Shown here piece after piece: positions 41,188 to 51,578 of a DNA stretch of 64,000 nt. Numbering within the stretch: the stretch's first letter is position 1; each line of letters starts with the position of its first letter. Both the position numbers and the translations under genes were made by a program. The notes under the pieces were generated by a model that had not been told where the DNA came from, did no database searches, and saw nothing but the letters and a program-made list of their open reading frames with translations. This stretch comes from an uncultured Pseudomonadales bacterium (GTDB taxonomy: Bacteria; Patescibacteriota; Microgenomatia; UBA1400; PJMF01), in NCBI GenBank assembly GCA_964570365.1, contig CAZMXT010000002.1:57752-121751 (forward strand), given 5' to 3'.

Positions 41188-42114
41188 ATGAAAAAAAATA
41201 TTCTACTGCTTCTTTTTACTGTGCTGGGAATTACGCTGCTGGCGAATGGCATCTTCTTTGCACGAACTTTAACCCGACTTCTGCAGCCATCTCCACCACC
41301 TCAAAAAGATTTCGTTACGACCAGCATTTATCCCTTAGGAGATTTGGTTAGACAAGTTGCTGGCAATGAACTAGAAGTGATCACGCTCATTAAGCCAGGA
41401 GCTAATCCGCATAGCTTTCAACCTTCCCCACAAGATCTCCAGCACATTGCTGGGTCTCAAGCAGTTTTTATGATTGGTCATGGCTTCGATACCTGGTTGG
41501 AGCCCTTAACAAAAAACTCTAATGCTAAGCAAGTAGTGGTAGATAAAAACGTTCAACTTCAAGCAGCGGAAGAAGATCACGAAGGTGAAGCAGAAAGTGA
41601 TGGGAATGATCCACACTACTGGCTAGATCCCAAGAACGCCGAGGGAATGGTACAGCAAATCTCCGAAGAGCTCAGTCAAGTATTTCCAGCCAAAGCAGAA
41701 GTATTTCGAGAGAACAGTCAGGCATACATTGCCTCGCTTCGGAAAACAGATCAGCAAGTTAAAGATATGCTCAGTGATCTACCTACTCGGAAGATTGCCA
41801 CCTTTCATAATGCTTTTGGGTACTTTGCCGCTGCATATGACTTAGAAGTAGTTTCGACCTTTGAAGAATTTCCCGGCCAGGAGCCAGGCCCACAGTACCT
41901 GGCTAAGTTTGAACAGAAAGTAAAGGCAGGTCAGCTGAAAGCTATTTTCGCCGAGCCGCAATCACCAGCATTAGCCCTGGAACCAATTGCCGAAGACTTG
42001 GGCGTCAAGATCCTGATTTTAGATGACCTCGGAGGAGCAGATGCTAGCCGAGATTCTTACCTCAAGCTTTTACTTTTCAATGCTCAACAAATCAAAACAG
42101 CCGCCTCGCTATGA
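41188..42114 (+). CDS. Zn/Mn ABC transporter substrate-binding protein (ZnuA/AdcA family)
   Basis: PGANPHSFQPSP, DPHYWLDP, FHNAFGYFA. Confidence 0.92.
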   Translation: MKKNILLLLFTVLGITLLANGIFFARTLTRLLQPSPPPQKDFVTTSIYPLGDLVRQVAGNELEVITLIKPGANPHSFQPSPQDLQHIAGSQAVFMIGHGFDTWLEPLTKNSNAKQVVVDKNVQLQAAEEDHEGEAESDGNDPHYWLDPKNAEGMVQQISEELSQVFPAKAEVFRENSQAYIASLRKTDQQVKDMLSDLPTRKIATFHNAFGYFAAAYDLEVVSTFEEFPGQEPGPQYLAKFEQKVKAGQLKAIFAEPQSPALALEPIAEDLGVKILILDDLGGADASRDSYLKLLLFNAQQIKTAASL

Positions 42115-42857
42115 AGACATCGTCACTGAAGCAAAAATCAGCTGCTGTTTCCTTCTCAGATGTCAGCGTCACCTACGGTGGGGATAAGCTCGCCACCGAG
42201 AATGTTAGCTTTACTGTCCCCGCTGGCTCACTGACGGTTTTAATCGGACCAAATGGCTCTGGTAAGTCCTCACTCTTAAAGTCACTGCTTGGCATTGTTG
42301 ATTACACGGGCCAGATTCAGATCTTTGGCCAAGAACCAAGGAAAAGTTATCCCCAGATTGGGTATGTGCCTCAGCGTTTTAGTTTTGATCCTACAATTCC
42401 AATTACCGTTCAAGAATTTCTCTCTATCTCCTTTCTTCACTGCGACACTCCAGTAGCGCAGCGGCCAGAACTCCTGATGAAGTCCTTGCAAGAATTTGGC
42501 GCTCTAGAGCTAGTCACCAAACAGCTTAGCCAGCTTTCAGGCGGACAACTGCAGCGAGTTTTGCTGGCTCGAGCGTTTCTTCACCAGCCTCGGTTGGTGA
42601 TCTTAGATGAGCCTGAAACTGGAATTGATGTGGAAGGTGGAAAATCTTTTTACGAGCTGCTCTTCCGCCAAGTCAAACAGGCTGGTTTAACTGCCATTAT
42701 TGCTTCACACGAACTGGAAATCGTCTCCAAGTACGCAGACCAAGTTGTGTGTATCAATAAGCAGCTTTTGTGCAGTGGCGCTCCTAAACAAATACTCAGT
42801 TCCAAGAACCTAGCGAGCGTATTTGGCTCCCATGTAGGAATGTATGTCCATCATTGA
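42111..42857 (+). CDS. Zn/Mn ABC transporter ATPase
   Basis: GPNGSGKSS, IGYVPQ, LSGGQLQRVLLARA, ILDEP. Confidence 0.94.
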   Translation: MKTSSLKQKSAAVSFSDVSVTYGGDKLATENVSFTVPAGSLTVLIGPNGSGKSSLLKSLLGIVDYTGQIQIFGQEPRKSYPQIGYVPQRFSFDPTIPITVQEFLSISFLHCDTPVAQRPELLMKSLQEFGALELVTKQLSQLSGGQLQRVLLARAFLHQPRLVILDEPETGIDVEGGKSFYELLFRQVKQAGLTAIIASHELEIVSKYADQVVCINKQLLCSGAPKQILSSKNLASVFGSHVGMYVHH

Positions 42858-43647
42858 AGTTTTAGCTCTGCCATTTTTTCAACGAGCGATTATTGGTGGT
42901 ATTGTGGTGGCTATTATTAGCGGCTTAATGGGTGTTTTTATGGTACTCAAAAAAAGCACTTTCTTTGGTGAGACGATAGCTCATGCCTCACTGACTGGTG
43001 TTGCCATTGGGTTATTACTTGGATTTGAACCACTTTTGGGCGCCATTTTATTTGCGGTTTTTCTCTCCCTGTCTCTCCCCTGGTTAGAAAAAAATACAAA
43101 CCTCTCAATGGATAACCTACTTGGTTTTACTTTGTCTATTTCTGTAGGGCTGGCTGTCGTTCTCCTCAGCTTTCTGCCTGGTTATCAACCAGAGCTGATG
43201 AGTTATTTGTTTGGGAGTATTCTGAGCGTGACGTGGTCAGGTATTGGACTGATCAGCGTCTTTGGTGTGGTTATTATTGGGGTGGTGCTTCGCTATCACA
43301 CTCTGCTGAGCGCGGTGGTTTTTGATCAGGAATACGCTCGCTTACGAGGGATCAACACATGGGTCGTGAATGCCTTGCTGAGCACCTTGTTTGCTATCAC
43401 CATCGTACTCTGCAGCCGCTTAGTTGGAGTGATTTTAGTGAATGCCTTGCTGATTCTGCCAACACTCATTGCACGCTCATATGCGCGTTCTCTGCGAGAG
43501 CTGTTCTTGCTGGTGCCACCGATTGCGGTAGGCTGTGTGATGCTGGGGTTAATTACGTCAGTAGTGATCAATATTCCCACCGGACCCACAATTGCTGTGC
43601 TGACAGGCACGATTTTTCTCTTCTCAACACTTATCCGCCGAAGGTAA
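42844..43647 (+). CDS. Zn/Mn ABC transporter permease
   Basis: FFGETIAHASLTGVA, LMSYLFGSIL, PTGPTI. Confidence 0.93.
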   Translation: MSIIEVLALPFFQRAIIGGIVVAIISGLMGVFMVLKKSTFFGETIAHASLTGVAIGLLLGFEPLLGAILFAVFLSLSLPWLEKNTNLSMDNLLGFTLSISVGLAVVLLSFLPGYQPELMSYLFGSILSVTWSGIGLISVFGVVIIGVVLRYHTLLSAVVFDQEYARLRGINTWVVNALLSTLFAITIVLCSRLVGVILVNALLILPTLIARSYARSLRELFLLVPPIAVGCVMLGLITSVVINIPTGPTIAVLTGTIFLFSTLIRRR

Positions 43648-45349
43648 AGGCATAGGCTTCGATTCCAGGATCAAAAATTAATTCCAACGTATGACGCTGT
43701 GATGAGCTCTTCAGATCCAAAATATCATACTTACGAGGCTCAGAAACCATAATTTCTCCGCCCTGCAAAGTATCTTGTGTAAATGCAGCTTCTGGGAGTG
43801 GCTGTCCATCAAGCAGCACCCTCACTTTACCTGGACTTCCTGTAGAGCTGGCTAAAACTAGGTGGACTTTTCGTGCCAGAAAACTCAATGTCATGCGTGC
43901 ACCAGCAGCTTCTGCCCGCACATTCTCTCCCTGGACGGTCCAGTTCCCCTCTAACCCAACTGCATCATTAGCAAGTGGATCGCTCAACTGGTACAAAGCG
44001 GTCTTATCTATCTGGATGGAGTTTTGACGGGTGTAGGAGGCGGCACGCTGCCACCCTAGATAGGTTTCTGGCGTTAGCTTGACTCGCGGCGTTGCCTGCC
44101 CTTCCTCGATCTCACTTTTCTCCAACGGAGCTTCATCCAAAAGGGTTCTAATTGCATTTTCCGTTTCTAAATACTTCCCTTCACCAAAATGGCTGTAGCG
44201 AATCTGGCCATTTTTATCAATCAGATAGTGAGCTGGCCAGTACTGATTCTGATAGGCTTTCCAGATCTTAAACTCATTATCTAACACTACCGGGTACTTC
44301 AACTCAAAATCTTTCACCGCTTTCTCAACATTTGCGAGTTTTTTCTCAAACTCAAACTCAGGTGAATGGACCCCCACAATCACGAAGTCTTTGTCCTTAT
44401 ATTTTTCATGCCAAGCTCTCAGGTATGGGAAAGTACGAATACAGTTAATGCATGAGTAAGTCCAGAAATCTACCAGCACTACCTTACCTTTGAGTTCATT
44501 TTCTAGACTAAGTGGTTCAGAGTTTATCCATGCTCCCCCCGCGGTGAAGTCAGCGGCTTTTACGCCCGTAGTCTGCAGCTTTACAGGTCCAGCACTTGAG
44601 TTACCACTCAGCTTACTAAGCTCAGATCGCACAAATCTATTATCCTCAACTGCAGTTAAACCAGCGCCATATTGGGGAAACTTCTCTAGTATATAGGCTT
44701 GGAACTGACGATCTATATTAAAGAAAATTGCCATGCCAGTCAGAATCATGACTACCCCAAATATTTTCTGAATTTTATTGGTATTTCGAAGTAACCAGGG
44801 ATTTTTTTGTAGTAGTTGCCTGCCTCCATACGTGATGGCTAACATCGGAATAGCTGTACCCAGAGAATAGGCCAGTGTAATAAATAAAGTTAAGAAACCA
44901 ACCTGACTAGTCGCGGCTAAAGTAATCACTGAAGCCAGAATGGGACCCACGCAGGGGGCCCAGATCAAACCCAGACTGAGTCCGACCAAGATACCTCCCA
45001 AAAACCCAGAGTTTGAAGAATTTTTAGGAGTTAGCTGAGAGAGGCGGGAAACCAACTTTTCCAACAGAACCTGAGTCTGGGGAACCAACAAAGAGATTCC
45101 AAAAAAAATAATCATTCCCACAGCAAGAGTGCGCAGCACATCCGCGGAAAGCCCGGTTGCTTTTACTAAACTGGACAGAGCCAAAGTAAAGAAGGTAAAG
45201 CTGAGAATAAAGCCAGTTACAATTCCAAAAGGTCGCCGCTTACCTTCCCCCACCGAACCAGACAGAATAATTGGTAAAATCGGCAAAATACAGGGGGAGA
45301 GGATCGTTACCAATCCAGCAATAAAAGCAAATAAAATAAGTAACGTCAT
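43631..45349 (-). CDS. dipZ: DipZ-like protein (CcdA/DsbD TM domain + thioredoxin + C-terminal domain)
   Basis: LSPCILP, WAPCVGP, DFWTYSCINC, GVHSPEF, TPETYLG, AYAFTFG. Confidence 0.92.
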   Translation of the reverse strand: MTLLILFAFIAGLVTILSPCILPILPIILSGSVGEGKRRPFGIVTGFILSFTFFTLALSSLVKATGLSADVLRTLAVGMIIFFGISLLVPQTQVLLEKLVSRLSQLTPKNSSNSGFLGGILVGLSLGLIWAPCVGPILASVITLAATSQVGFLTLFITLAYSLGTAIPMLAITYGGRQLLQKNPWLLRNTNKIQKIFGVVMILTGMAIFFNIDRQFQAYILEKFPQYGAGLTAVEDNRFVRSELSKLSGNSSAGPVKLQTTGVKAADFTAGGAWINSEPLSLENELKGKVVLVDFWTYSCINCIRTFPYLRAWHEKYKDKDFVIVGVHSPEFEFEKKLANVEKAVKDFELKYPVVLDNEFKIWKAYQNQYWPAHYLIDKNGQIRYSHFGEGKYLETENAIRTLLDEAPLEKSEIEEGQATPRVKLTPETYLGWQRAASYTRQNSIQIDKTALYQLSDPLANDAVGLEGNWTVQGENVRAEAAGARMTLSFLARKVHLVLASSTGSPGKVRVLLDGQPLPEAAFTQDTLQGGEIMVSEPRKYDILDLKSSSQRHTLELIFDPGIEAYAFTFGG

Positions 45350-45401
45350 ACCTCTCCCCCTACTAAAAGTCTGCGCTGCTATGTGAGCGGCAGAGCCAAG
45401 A

Positions 45402-46025
45402 CTACATCTTGCTTGGCATTAAGACTGAGTTAATGACGTGTGTCACACCATTACTCGAGATCACATTAGGTGTGTCCACAGTGGCAGAGTTGCCCTTTGC
45501 ATCTTTAATCATGACTGTGCCATTTTGTACCACCACCATCAGTTGTTCACCTTGAACAGTCTTGAGCTTTTGACCATCTTTAAGGTCAGCCGCAACATAA
45601 CGACCGGGGACGACGTGGTAGCTCAGAAGACTCGCCAACTGCGCCTTGCTTTCTGGCTTTAACAGACCTTGAAGCGTAGCGGCAGGTACTTTATCAAAGG
45701 CTGCATTGGTTGGAGCAAAAACAGTGAAGGGACCTGGTCCACTCAGTGTCTCGACTAAACCGGCAGCTTTTACTGCACTCACTAAGGTCGTCACAGTACT
45801 CGCGTTCATCGCATTTTCCACGATGTTCTTAGAAGGCACCATCATCGCACCCCCAACCAACACGCCGTCTTCTTTCATCATGGGTGGTGTACTGGCCATC
45901 ATCGCTTGATCTGAACTTTCAATCTTACTCGATGGTGAGGCTGCAGGCGCACTCTGAGGCGAGCAAGCTCCCAAAAATAAGGATGTCATTAATAAGCCGC
46001 CAGCAAAAATTGCTACTTTTTTCAT
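45402..46025 (-). CDS. Fasciclin (FAS1) domain lipoprotein, MPT70/MPT83-like
   Basis: LGAC lipobox, TLVSAVKAAGLVETLSGPGPFTVFAPTNAAF, SNGVTHVINSVL. Confidence 0.94.
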   Translation of the reverse strand: MKKVAIFAGGLLMTSLFLGACSPQSAPAASPSSKIESSDQAMMASTPPMMKEDGVLVGGAMMVPSKNIVENAMNASTVTTLVSAVKAAGLVETLSGPGPFTVFAPTNAAFDKVPAATLQGLLKPESKAQLASLLSYHVVPGRYVAADLKDGQKLKTVQGEQLMVVVQNGTVMIKDAKGNSATVDTPNVISSNGVTHVINSVLMPSKM

Positions 46026-46192
46026 ATAAACCTTTCAAAACTGAAATTATAATTGCAATCGTAAATGAAGTCTCATCCCTCCTTCTGCTGTAGTACAGCG
46101 GTTTTTACTTTGCTTGCAGCTATTTCGAGACGAATCTAAAGTCAGGATTCAAGTAAGTCTTCATAGAATAGCACATTCTCGTGCTAGAATCT

Positions 46193-47194
46193 ATGAACGT
46201 GAAAAATTCTTTGCCTCTCCAAACTCTCCAGCTCTTCGGCAGGCTTTGGGTGATCGGCACATCTGTTATTGGGACATTAGTAGTGTGGGGTTTTCTCTTT
46301 TTATTCGTGATGCTGCGAAGTTCTTCCGACCAGGGTACGGAGCCTTCTTTAAATCAAAAAACTCTTCGTCAAAATGGACCTGATAAGATTGCCGTGGTGA
46401 ACTTGAATGGACCAATCTTCGACACTGATGCAGGCCCATTTTCTGGTAGTGATGCAGCCATCTCAGCCCAACGAGTCACTCACTTACTAGAAAAGCTGCA
46501 AAATGCAGATGATGTTAAGGCCGTCATTCTCAAAATTAATAGCCCAGGCGGTGCCGTAGTTGCCTCAGATGAAATCTATCAACAGGTTAGATTGCTTCAA
46601 CAACATAAAGTGGTCGTTGCTAGTCTAGGTGACGTTGCGGCCTCCGGTGGCTACTACATTGCTAGTGGGGCAAATAAAATTGTTGCTAATCCGGCCAGTA
46701 TCACTGGCTCAATTGGGGTAATTGCTCAGCTGCCACAATTAAGTGGGCTGTATGAAAAAATCGGAGTTGAGATGCGTACTATTAAGTCTGGCGAGTTCAA
46801 AGACATTGGTTCGGAGTCACGAGACACGACGGCTGAAGAACAAGCAATTTTCGACTCCATTATTAAAGATTCTTATGACCAATTTATTCAAGCGATTGTG
46901 ACCGGTCGAAAAATGGATGAGGCGAGTGTTCGCAAACTGGCTGATGGCAGAATCTATAGTGGCAAGCAGGCAAAAGCGAACGGGCTAGTAGACGAGCTGG
47001 GTGACTTTCAAACCACTATCAAAATAACCGAAGATCTGGCTCGAATTTCCAATGCAACGCTGGTGGAGTACTCAGACCAAAGTTTTTTTGAGAGTCTACT
47101 GAGCTCAAAATTTTCTAATCTTTCTGGCTTAAAAGTTTTTGAAAAAATGATCCCTACCCAACAGTTTGGGATTTACTACCTCTTACAAATTTAA
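46193..47194 (+). CDS. sppA: Signal peptide peptidase SppA (S49)
   Basis: KINSPGG, AASGGYYIA, TGSIGVI, KSGEFKD, ADGRIYSG. Confidence 0.94.
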   Translation: MNVKNSLPLQTLQLFGRLWVIGTSVIGTLVVWGFLFLFVMLRSSSDQGTEPSLNQKTLRQNGPDKIAVVNLNGPIFDTDAGPFSGSDAAISAQRVTHLLEKLQNADDVKAVILKINSPGGAVVASDEIYQQVRLLQQHKVVVASLGDVAASGGYYIASGANKIVANPASITGSIGVIAQLPQLSGLYEKIGVEMRTIKSGEFKDIGSESRDTTAEEQAIFDSIIKDSYDQFIQAIVTGRKMDEASVRKLADGRIYSGKQAKANGLVDELGDFQTTIKITEDLARISNATLVEYSDQSFFESLLSSKFSNLSGLKVFEKMIPTQQFGIYYLLQI

Positions 47195-47213
47195 CGAAAT
47201 CATCCGTCGCAGT

Positions 47214-48248
47214 TTATGCCGCTTGGGTGCTAATTTTCTGCATTAAACTCCGAGCTATTTTCTTGCCAAAAAGTCGGAACTGAGCAATAAAACCTTGGTC
47301 ATGCTCTAACTTCCCAATGACTCCGCCTATATATAATCCTGGTTGTTTCTTGGATTGATGATGTGTATCTAAATCTAAACACTCTGCTCTGTCATCTTGA
47401 CCTTCAGCCACAAACTCTTTGATCAGCTCAATGTTGGGCAGAAATCCTGTACACATAATCGGCCGAGTAGCAGAAGCGAGTTGCTGCCCTGATTCACTCT
47501 CTAGAACAAAGTGTTTATCTTGACTATAAATTCGCTTTACCCGGAAATTTTCTATTATCTTGACTAGTCCTTGCAGCTCAAGTTCTTTTACAAACTTCAT
47601 GTGCTCCTTCCATAGGCAATCCACTGGCTCTGGAACTATATAGTCATGCGCAGTCACTAAGATTACGACCCGGCCAGGTTTAGCTAGCTGCATAACTAAG
47701 CCGCTTGCCCCATTGGCACCACCCACAATCGTCACTTCGGTAGCATCTAGTTCATCTAGATAAGCCAAGCGAGCATAGTGAGTATAGGCGCCTTCAGACT
47801 CCAAACTCTCATTCGGATTCGAGTACATTCCTGTGGCCCACACCAAATACTTAGTTCTTACTTCTTCGTCTGCTCGGGTCCAGAGGACAAACTCTTGTTT
47901 TACTTGATCAAAAGCAACCTTCATTATCTGGGTATTCTGACGAGTAGGAATCTTTTTTGTGTCAGCTACATGTGCTAAGTACTTTTGATACATCCTGTGA
48001 CTAGGGTGGGGAATATTGTTAAAGACATCACTGGTTTTAACATCTGCAATCATATTATCATCATGGGATTTAGTACTTTCAGAGATCAGTCTCGTGTCAT
48101 TCGGGTACTCCAACCAGGCTTGACCTATGACTCCACGATCAATGACCAACAGTTCTTTTGGCTCTAAACCTGCATCTATCAAAGCCGCTGCAACAGAGAG
48201 ACCACCAGGGCCAGCTCCAACAATGACTACTTGAAAGAAATTAGACAT
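47214..48248 (-). CDS. FAD/NAD(P)-dependent oxidoreductase
   Basis: VVIVGAGPGGL, WATG, IVGGANGA, CTGF; start placed at ATG 48248. Confidence 0.85.
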   Translation of the reverse strand: MSNFFQVVIVGAGPGGLSVAAALIDAGLEPKELLVIDRGVIGQAWLEYPNDTRLISESTKSHDDNMIADVKTSDVFNNIPHPSHRMYQKYLAHVADTKKIPTRQNTQIMKVAFDQVKQEFVLWTRADEEVRTKYLVWATGMYSNPNESLESEGAYTHYARLAYLDELDATEVTIVGGANGASGLVMQLAKPGRVVILVTAHDYIVPEPVDCLWKEHMKFVKELELQGLVKIIENFRVKRIYSQDKHFVLESESGQQLASATRPIMCTGFLPNIELIKEFVAEGQDDRAECLDLDTHHQSKKQPGLYIGGVIGKLEHDQGFIAQFRLFGKKIARSLMQKISTQAA

Positions 48249-48287
48249 GTCCCCGAGTATACGCGTAAACAAACTGGAGTAAAACTA

Positions 48288-48869
48288 TTAGAATTCTAAA
48301 AAGTTAATATCAAAAGGCAGTTTCTCGGCCCAAGAACGCAACACTTTTTCTAAGGTTGATTGAGAAGGCTTTTTGTAAAGTAAGTACGTGCCAATAGCAT
48401 TCTTTATTTTTGCCTCCTCTGCATCAGGAATGATGAACTTCCAAACTTGAATACGCGGAAAAATACTTCTAATAAAAAGAACTTGTCCAGTGTTTTTTTC
48501 TTCTATCCAAAATTGAGAAAGATCTGGCCAAAAAAAATAGCGTTCACCATACTTGATCCCAATTGTCGTAACAGAGCATAGTAAATGAGCTGGGGGCACT
48601 GCGGAAAGTATCATATATAAAAACCCTAACACCAGTAGAACCACAGCCAGTAAGATCTCCTGCAACAAAATTAACAATAACAATACTAAAAGCATCAAAA
48701 TAAATAAATGTTTTTTCTCTGAGGAAGCACGTTTTTTGGTCAATTTATTGGGTGCCTGCCACTCTACCAGCATTTTTTCCTGGACCACGTACCGATCCAG
48801 ACCTAGGGGATCCTGATAAAATTTTTCTGGGAAACTTTGATTATTAGGAAATTCTTGTGTAGGAGACAT
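48288..48869 (-). CDS. Hypothetical two-TM protein (DUF5673-like)
   Basis: VEWQAP, two TM helices, GIKYGERYFFWPDLSQFWI. Confidence 0.6.
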   Translation of the reverse strand: MSPTQEFPNNQSFPEKFYQDPLGLDRYVVQEKMLVEWQAPNKLTKKRASSEKKHLFILMLLVLLLLILLQEILLAVVLLVLGFLYMILSAVPPAHLLCSVTTIGIKYGERYFFWPDLSQFWIEEKNTGQVLFIRSIFPRIQVWKFIIPDAEEAKIKNAIGTYLLYKKPSQSTLEKVLRSWAEKLPFDINFLEF

Positions 48870-48950
48870 CTTTATACATATCTTACGGCTTTCTTTTTAC
48901 TTTGACAATAAAACAACTTCTTACGGAGTTAGAGAGATGTCTTCAGGATT

Positions 48951-48967
48951 GTAAGAAATACGTAAGG
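48951..48967. promoter_or_regulatory. Putative response-regulator box (11-bp period direct repeat)
   Basis: GTAAGA-aatac-GTAAGG; inverted TCTTACG copies at 48881 and 48919. Confidence 0.55.
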
Positions 48968-49017
48968 ATCAAGAGAAAAACAATTGAGTGCAGAGGCATT
49001 TCTTGGTAAGATACGGT

Positions 49018-49689
49018 ATGGTTTACTCAATCCTTATTGTTGAAGATGATCTTGGTGTACAAAAGTATCTCCGCGAACTTTTGCTGGATAATGGCTACTC
49101 AGTCCAAACAGCTGGAGATGGCATTACCGCATTAGAAGCAGTCAAAAACTCACTTCCCGACTTAATTATTCTTGACCTAAATCTTCCCAATATGCGCGGA
49201 GAAACTGTCTGTGCAGAAATTCGAAAAAATTACCCGGACATGCGAGTAATTATTTTAACTGCGAAAGATAGTGTCAATGATATTGTGCAAGGCTTAAACT
49301 TAGGTGCAGATGACTACATGACCAAACCATTTGTGGCAGATGAATTTTTGGCTCGTATCAAAGCCAGATTACGACGGAGAGAACAAAAATCAGCTGTCTT
49401 AACTGTAGGAGATTTAGTATTAAATACCAAAACCTTAGAAGTCCACCGAGGCGAAGAATTAATTTCTCTTACTCCTCAGGAGTTCAAGCTCCTGCAATAT
49501 TTAATGAATAACAAGGGTCAGATCTTGACTCGGGAAATGATCTTAAATCGAATTTGGATGTACTCTCCTGATATTGAAACCAGGGTCGTAGACGTGTACA
49601 TGGGATACTTGCGCAAGAAAATTGATAAAGTCAATCCGAAAAAATTACTTGTTTCGGTTCGAGGTTTTGGCTACATGATTAAGGGTTAA
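49018..49689 (+). CDS. OmpR/PhoB-family response regulator
   Basis: ILIVEDD, LDLNLP, GADDYMTKPF, LTPQEFKLL, VVDVYMGYLRKK, VRGFGY. Confidence 0.96.
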   Translation: MVYSILIVEDDLGVQKYLRELLLDNGYSVQTAGDGITALEAVKNSLPDLIILDLNLPNMRGETVCAEIRKNYPDMRVIILTAKDSVNDIVQGLNLGADDYMTKPFVADEFLARIKARLRRREQKSAVLTVGDLVLNTKTLEVHRGEELISLTPQEFKLLQYLMNNKGQILTREMILNRIWMYSPDIETRVVDVYMGYLRKKIDKVNPKKLLVSVRGFGYMIKG

Positions 49690-50860
49690 GTTACTGGCTG
49701 GACGGGTATAAAAATAGTTACGGAAGTTCCCTTCCCCAGATTTGAGCATAGTGCGATTTCGCCATGGTGTTGCTCTATAATTTTCTTGCTCATATACAGA
49801 CCTACGCCCATTCCTTCTTGCACATTATCAGTACTTCCTTTTTGAAACTCAGTAAATATGCGCGCCAATACTTCTTCTGACATACCTTGACCCTGATCTG
49901 TAATTTCTAAAATTAGTTGTTTCTTAGTACGTCTCAATACGATAAAAACCTCACTCAGGGATTTAGAGAACTTAGAGGCATTCTCTAAAATATTTAAAAT
50001 CACTTGTCCAATTTTATCCTTGTCACCAATAAATTGATCATTTTCTTCTGTAAGCAGATTTTTATACGAGAAAGTGCAGGATGGACAGGCAATAACTACT
50101 TCGTCAACGTTTTTTTGAACAATCAGACCAAGATTGCAATTTTCGAATGTGTATTCTAATTTTCCTGCCTGAATTCTGTTTAGTAGCAAAAGTTCATCCA
50201 CCATTCTGGTTAAGCGCAAACTCTCTTGCCGCAAACTTTTGAGCCAACCTTTTTCTTTTTCTAAGTTACTACTTACAATTCGTTTTTCCAGCAACTGTAT
50301 ATACCCATTGATACTGGTTAAGGGGGTTTTTAGCTCATGAGCGGTCATTGATAAGAACTTATCTCTCACTTGCAGGGCTTCAGTTGATTTACTGTAAAGC
50401 TGAGCCTTTCGAATCGCTAGGGTAGCCATTGTACCCAGGAGCTTGCATGCCTCTAAGTCTGATTTTTGCCACGCTATTTCTTTATTAGAAGAAACACTCA
50501 GGACACCAATTGATTTTTTTGATAATAGAGCGGGATGAAAACAACAGACTTAATTCCTAGCTTAGCAATGATCGGCTGGGGATCAACAAGTTGTGTTGCT
50601 GAAAGGATGATCGGAGTTTTTCTCAGCGAAGCTCTGTAAATATTCCCTCTCATCCGTGGCTTGAGCTTTGCAAGTTCAGCCGAGCTAGAATACACCTTCT
50701 CTAACCGCCGACTATTCTTGAGAAAGATTGAAGCATATTTAGCATCAAGAATCTTAATTGCTTCGTTAACAATTGTTTTATACGTTTCTGCAAGACTAAG
50801 TGGCAGAAGTAGCTGAACCGCACTCTGATTTATTGTTCGAAAGACATTTTGTTTTAACAT
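49686..50860 (-). pseudogene. Cytoplasmic GAF-HisKA-HATPase histidine kinase split by a one-base frameshift at an A7 run
   Basis: GAF N-part 50498-50860 and HK part (AHELKTPL, NILENASKF, GMGVGL) join as YYQKKSIGVLSV...LLGTMATLAI if T7 at 50514-50520 is T8. Confidence 0.85.
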
Positions 50861-50866
50861 TTCTTT

Positions 50867-51226
50867 TCAAGAAATAAAAAGCTGAATTTTCTGCAAAAAT
50901 TCTTCCATTTCAAAAGGCTTAGAAATGAAACCATCAGCTCCGCACTTCTTCGCTAGTACTTCTCCGTCATTTTCTGCTGACACTATAATAACCGGTATTG
51001 AGGCAAACACTGGATTATCTTTGATTCTTTTCACTACTTCACAACCATCCTCTCCTGCAATCCACATGTCCATTATTAACAGATCTGGCTTTACTTTCAA
51101 AAGCATGGTTTCTATGCTAGTAGCGTGACTCAGACTAGTGGCAAGATAGCCATTTTCTTCTAAGATAATACTCAGCACTTCGCGTATGCCTTGGTCATCA
51201 TCAACTAAGAGGACGTGCTTACTCAT
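50867..51226 (-). CDS. Single-domain response regulator (receiver)
   Basis: VLLVDDD, PDLLIMD, GADGFISKPF. Confidence 0.93.
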   Translation of the reverse strand: MSKHVLLVDDDQGIREVLSIILEENGYLATSLSHATSIETMLLKVKPDLLIMDMWIAGEDGCEVVKRIKDNPVFASIPVIIVSAENDGEVLAKKCGADGFISKPFEMEEFLQKIQLFIS

Positions 51227-51249
51227 TAGTTGGGTATTATGACAGATCT

Positions 51250-51561
51250 TTACAAATTATTCTTTTTAGATTCTATTTCTCTTTTTATATCATCAGTAGC
51301 TTTCTCTACTTTTTCTCCTGCTTGTGAACGAGCGTTTTGAGCACCTTCTTTTACTTTCGAAACACTTTCTTCTGCATGGCCTTGAATTTCTTCTACCTTT
51401 TTCTTCACATCAGCACTTACCTGCTCCACTTTATCTACAACCTTTTTCCTTCTTTCCTGATCACTTAAAACCACTGCGGCGGCGGCGGCTCCGATTGCAG
51501 CTCCTACCACTAGAGGACCCATCATTGATTTTTTAGGAGTTTTATCTTGAGTATTTTTCAT
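51250..51561 (-). CDS. YtxH-like general stress protein
   Basis: LVVGAAIGAAAAAVVL followed by hydrophilic K/E/D/Q helix. Confidence 0.7.
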   Translation of the reverse strand: MKNTQDKTPKKSMMGPLVVGAAIGAAAAAVVLSDQERRKKVVDKVEQVSADVKKKVEEIQGHAEESVSKVKEGAQNARSQAGEKVEKATDDIKREIESKKNNL

Positions 51562-51578
51562 TTGGTTCTTTCTTTATT

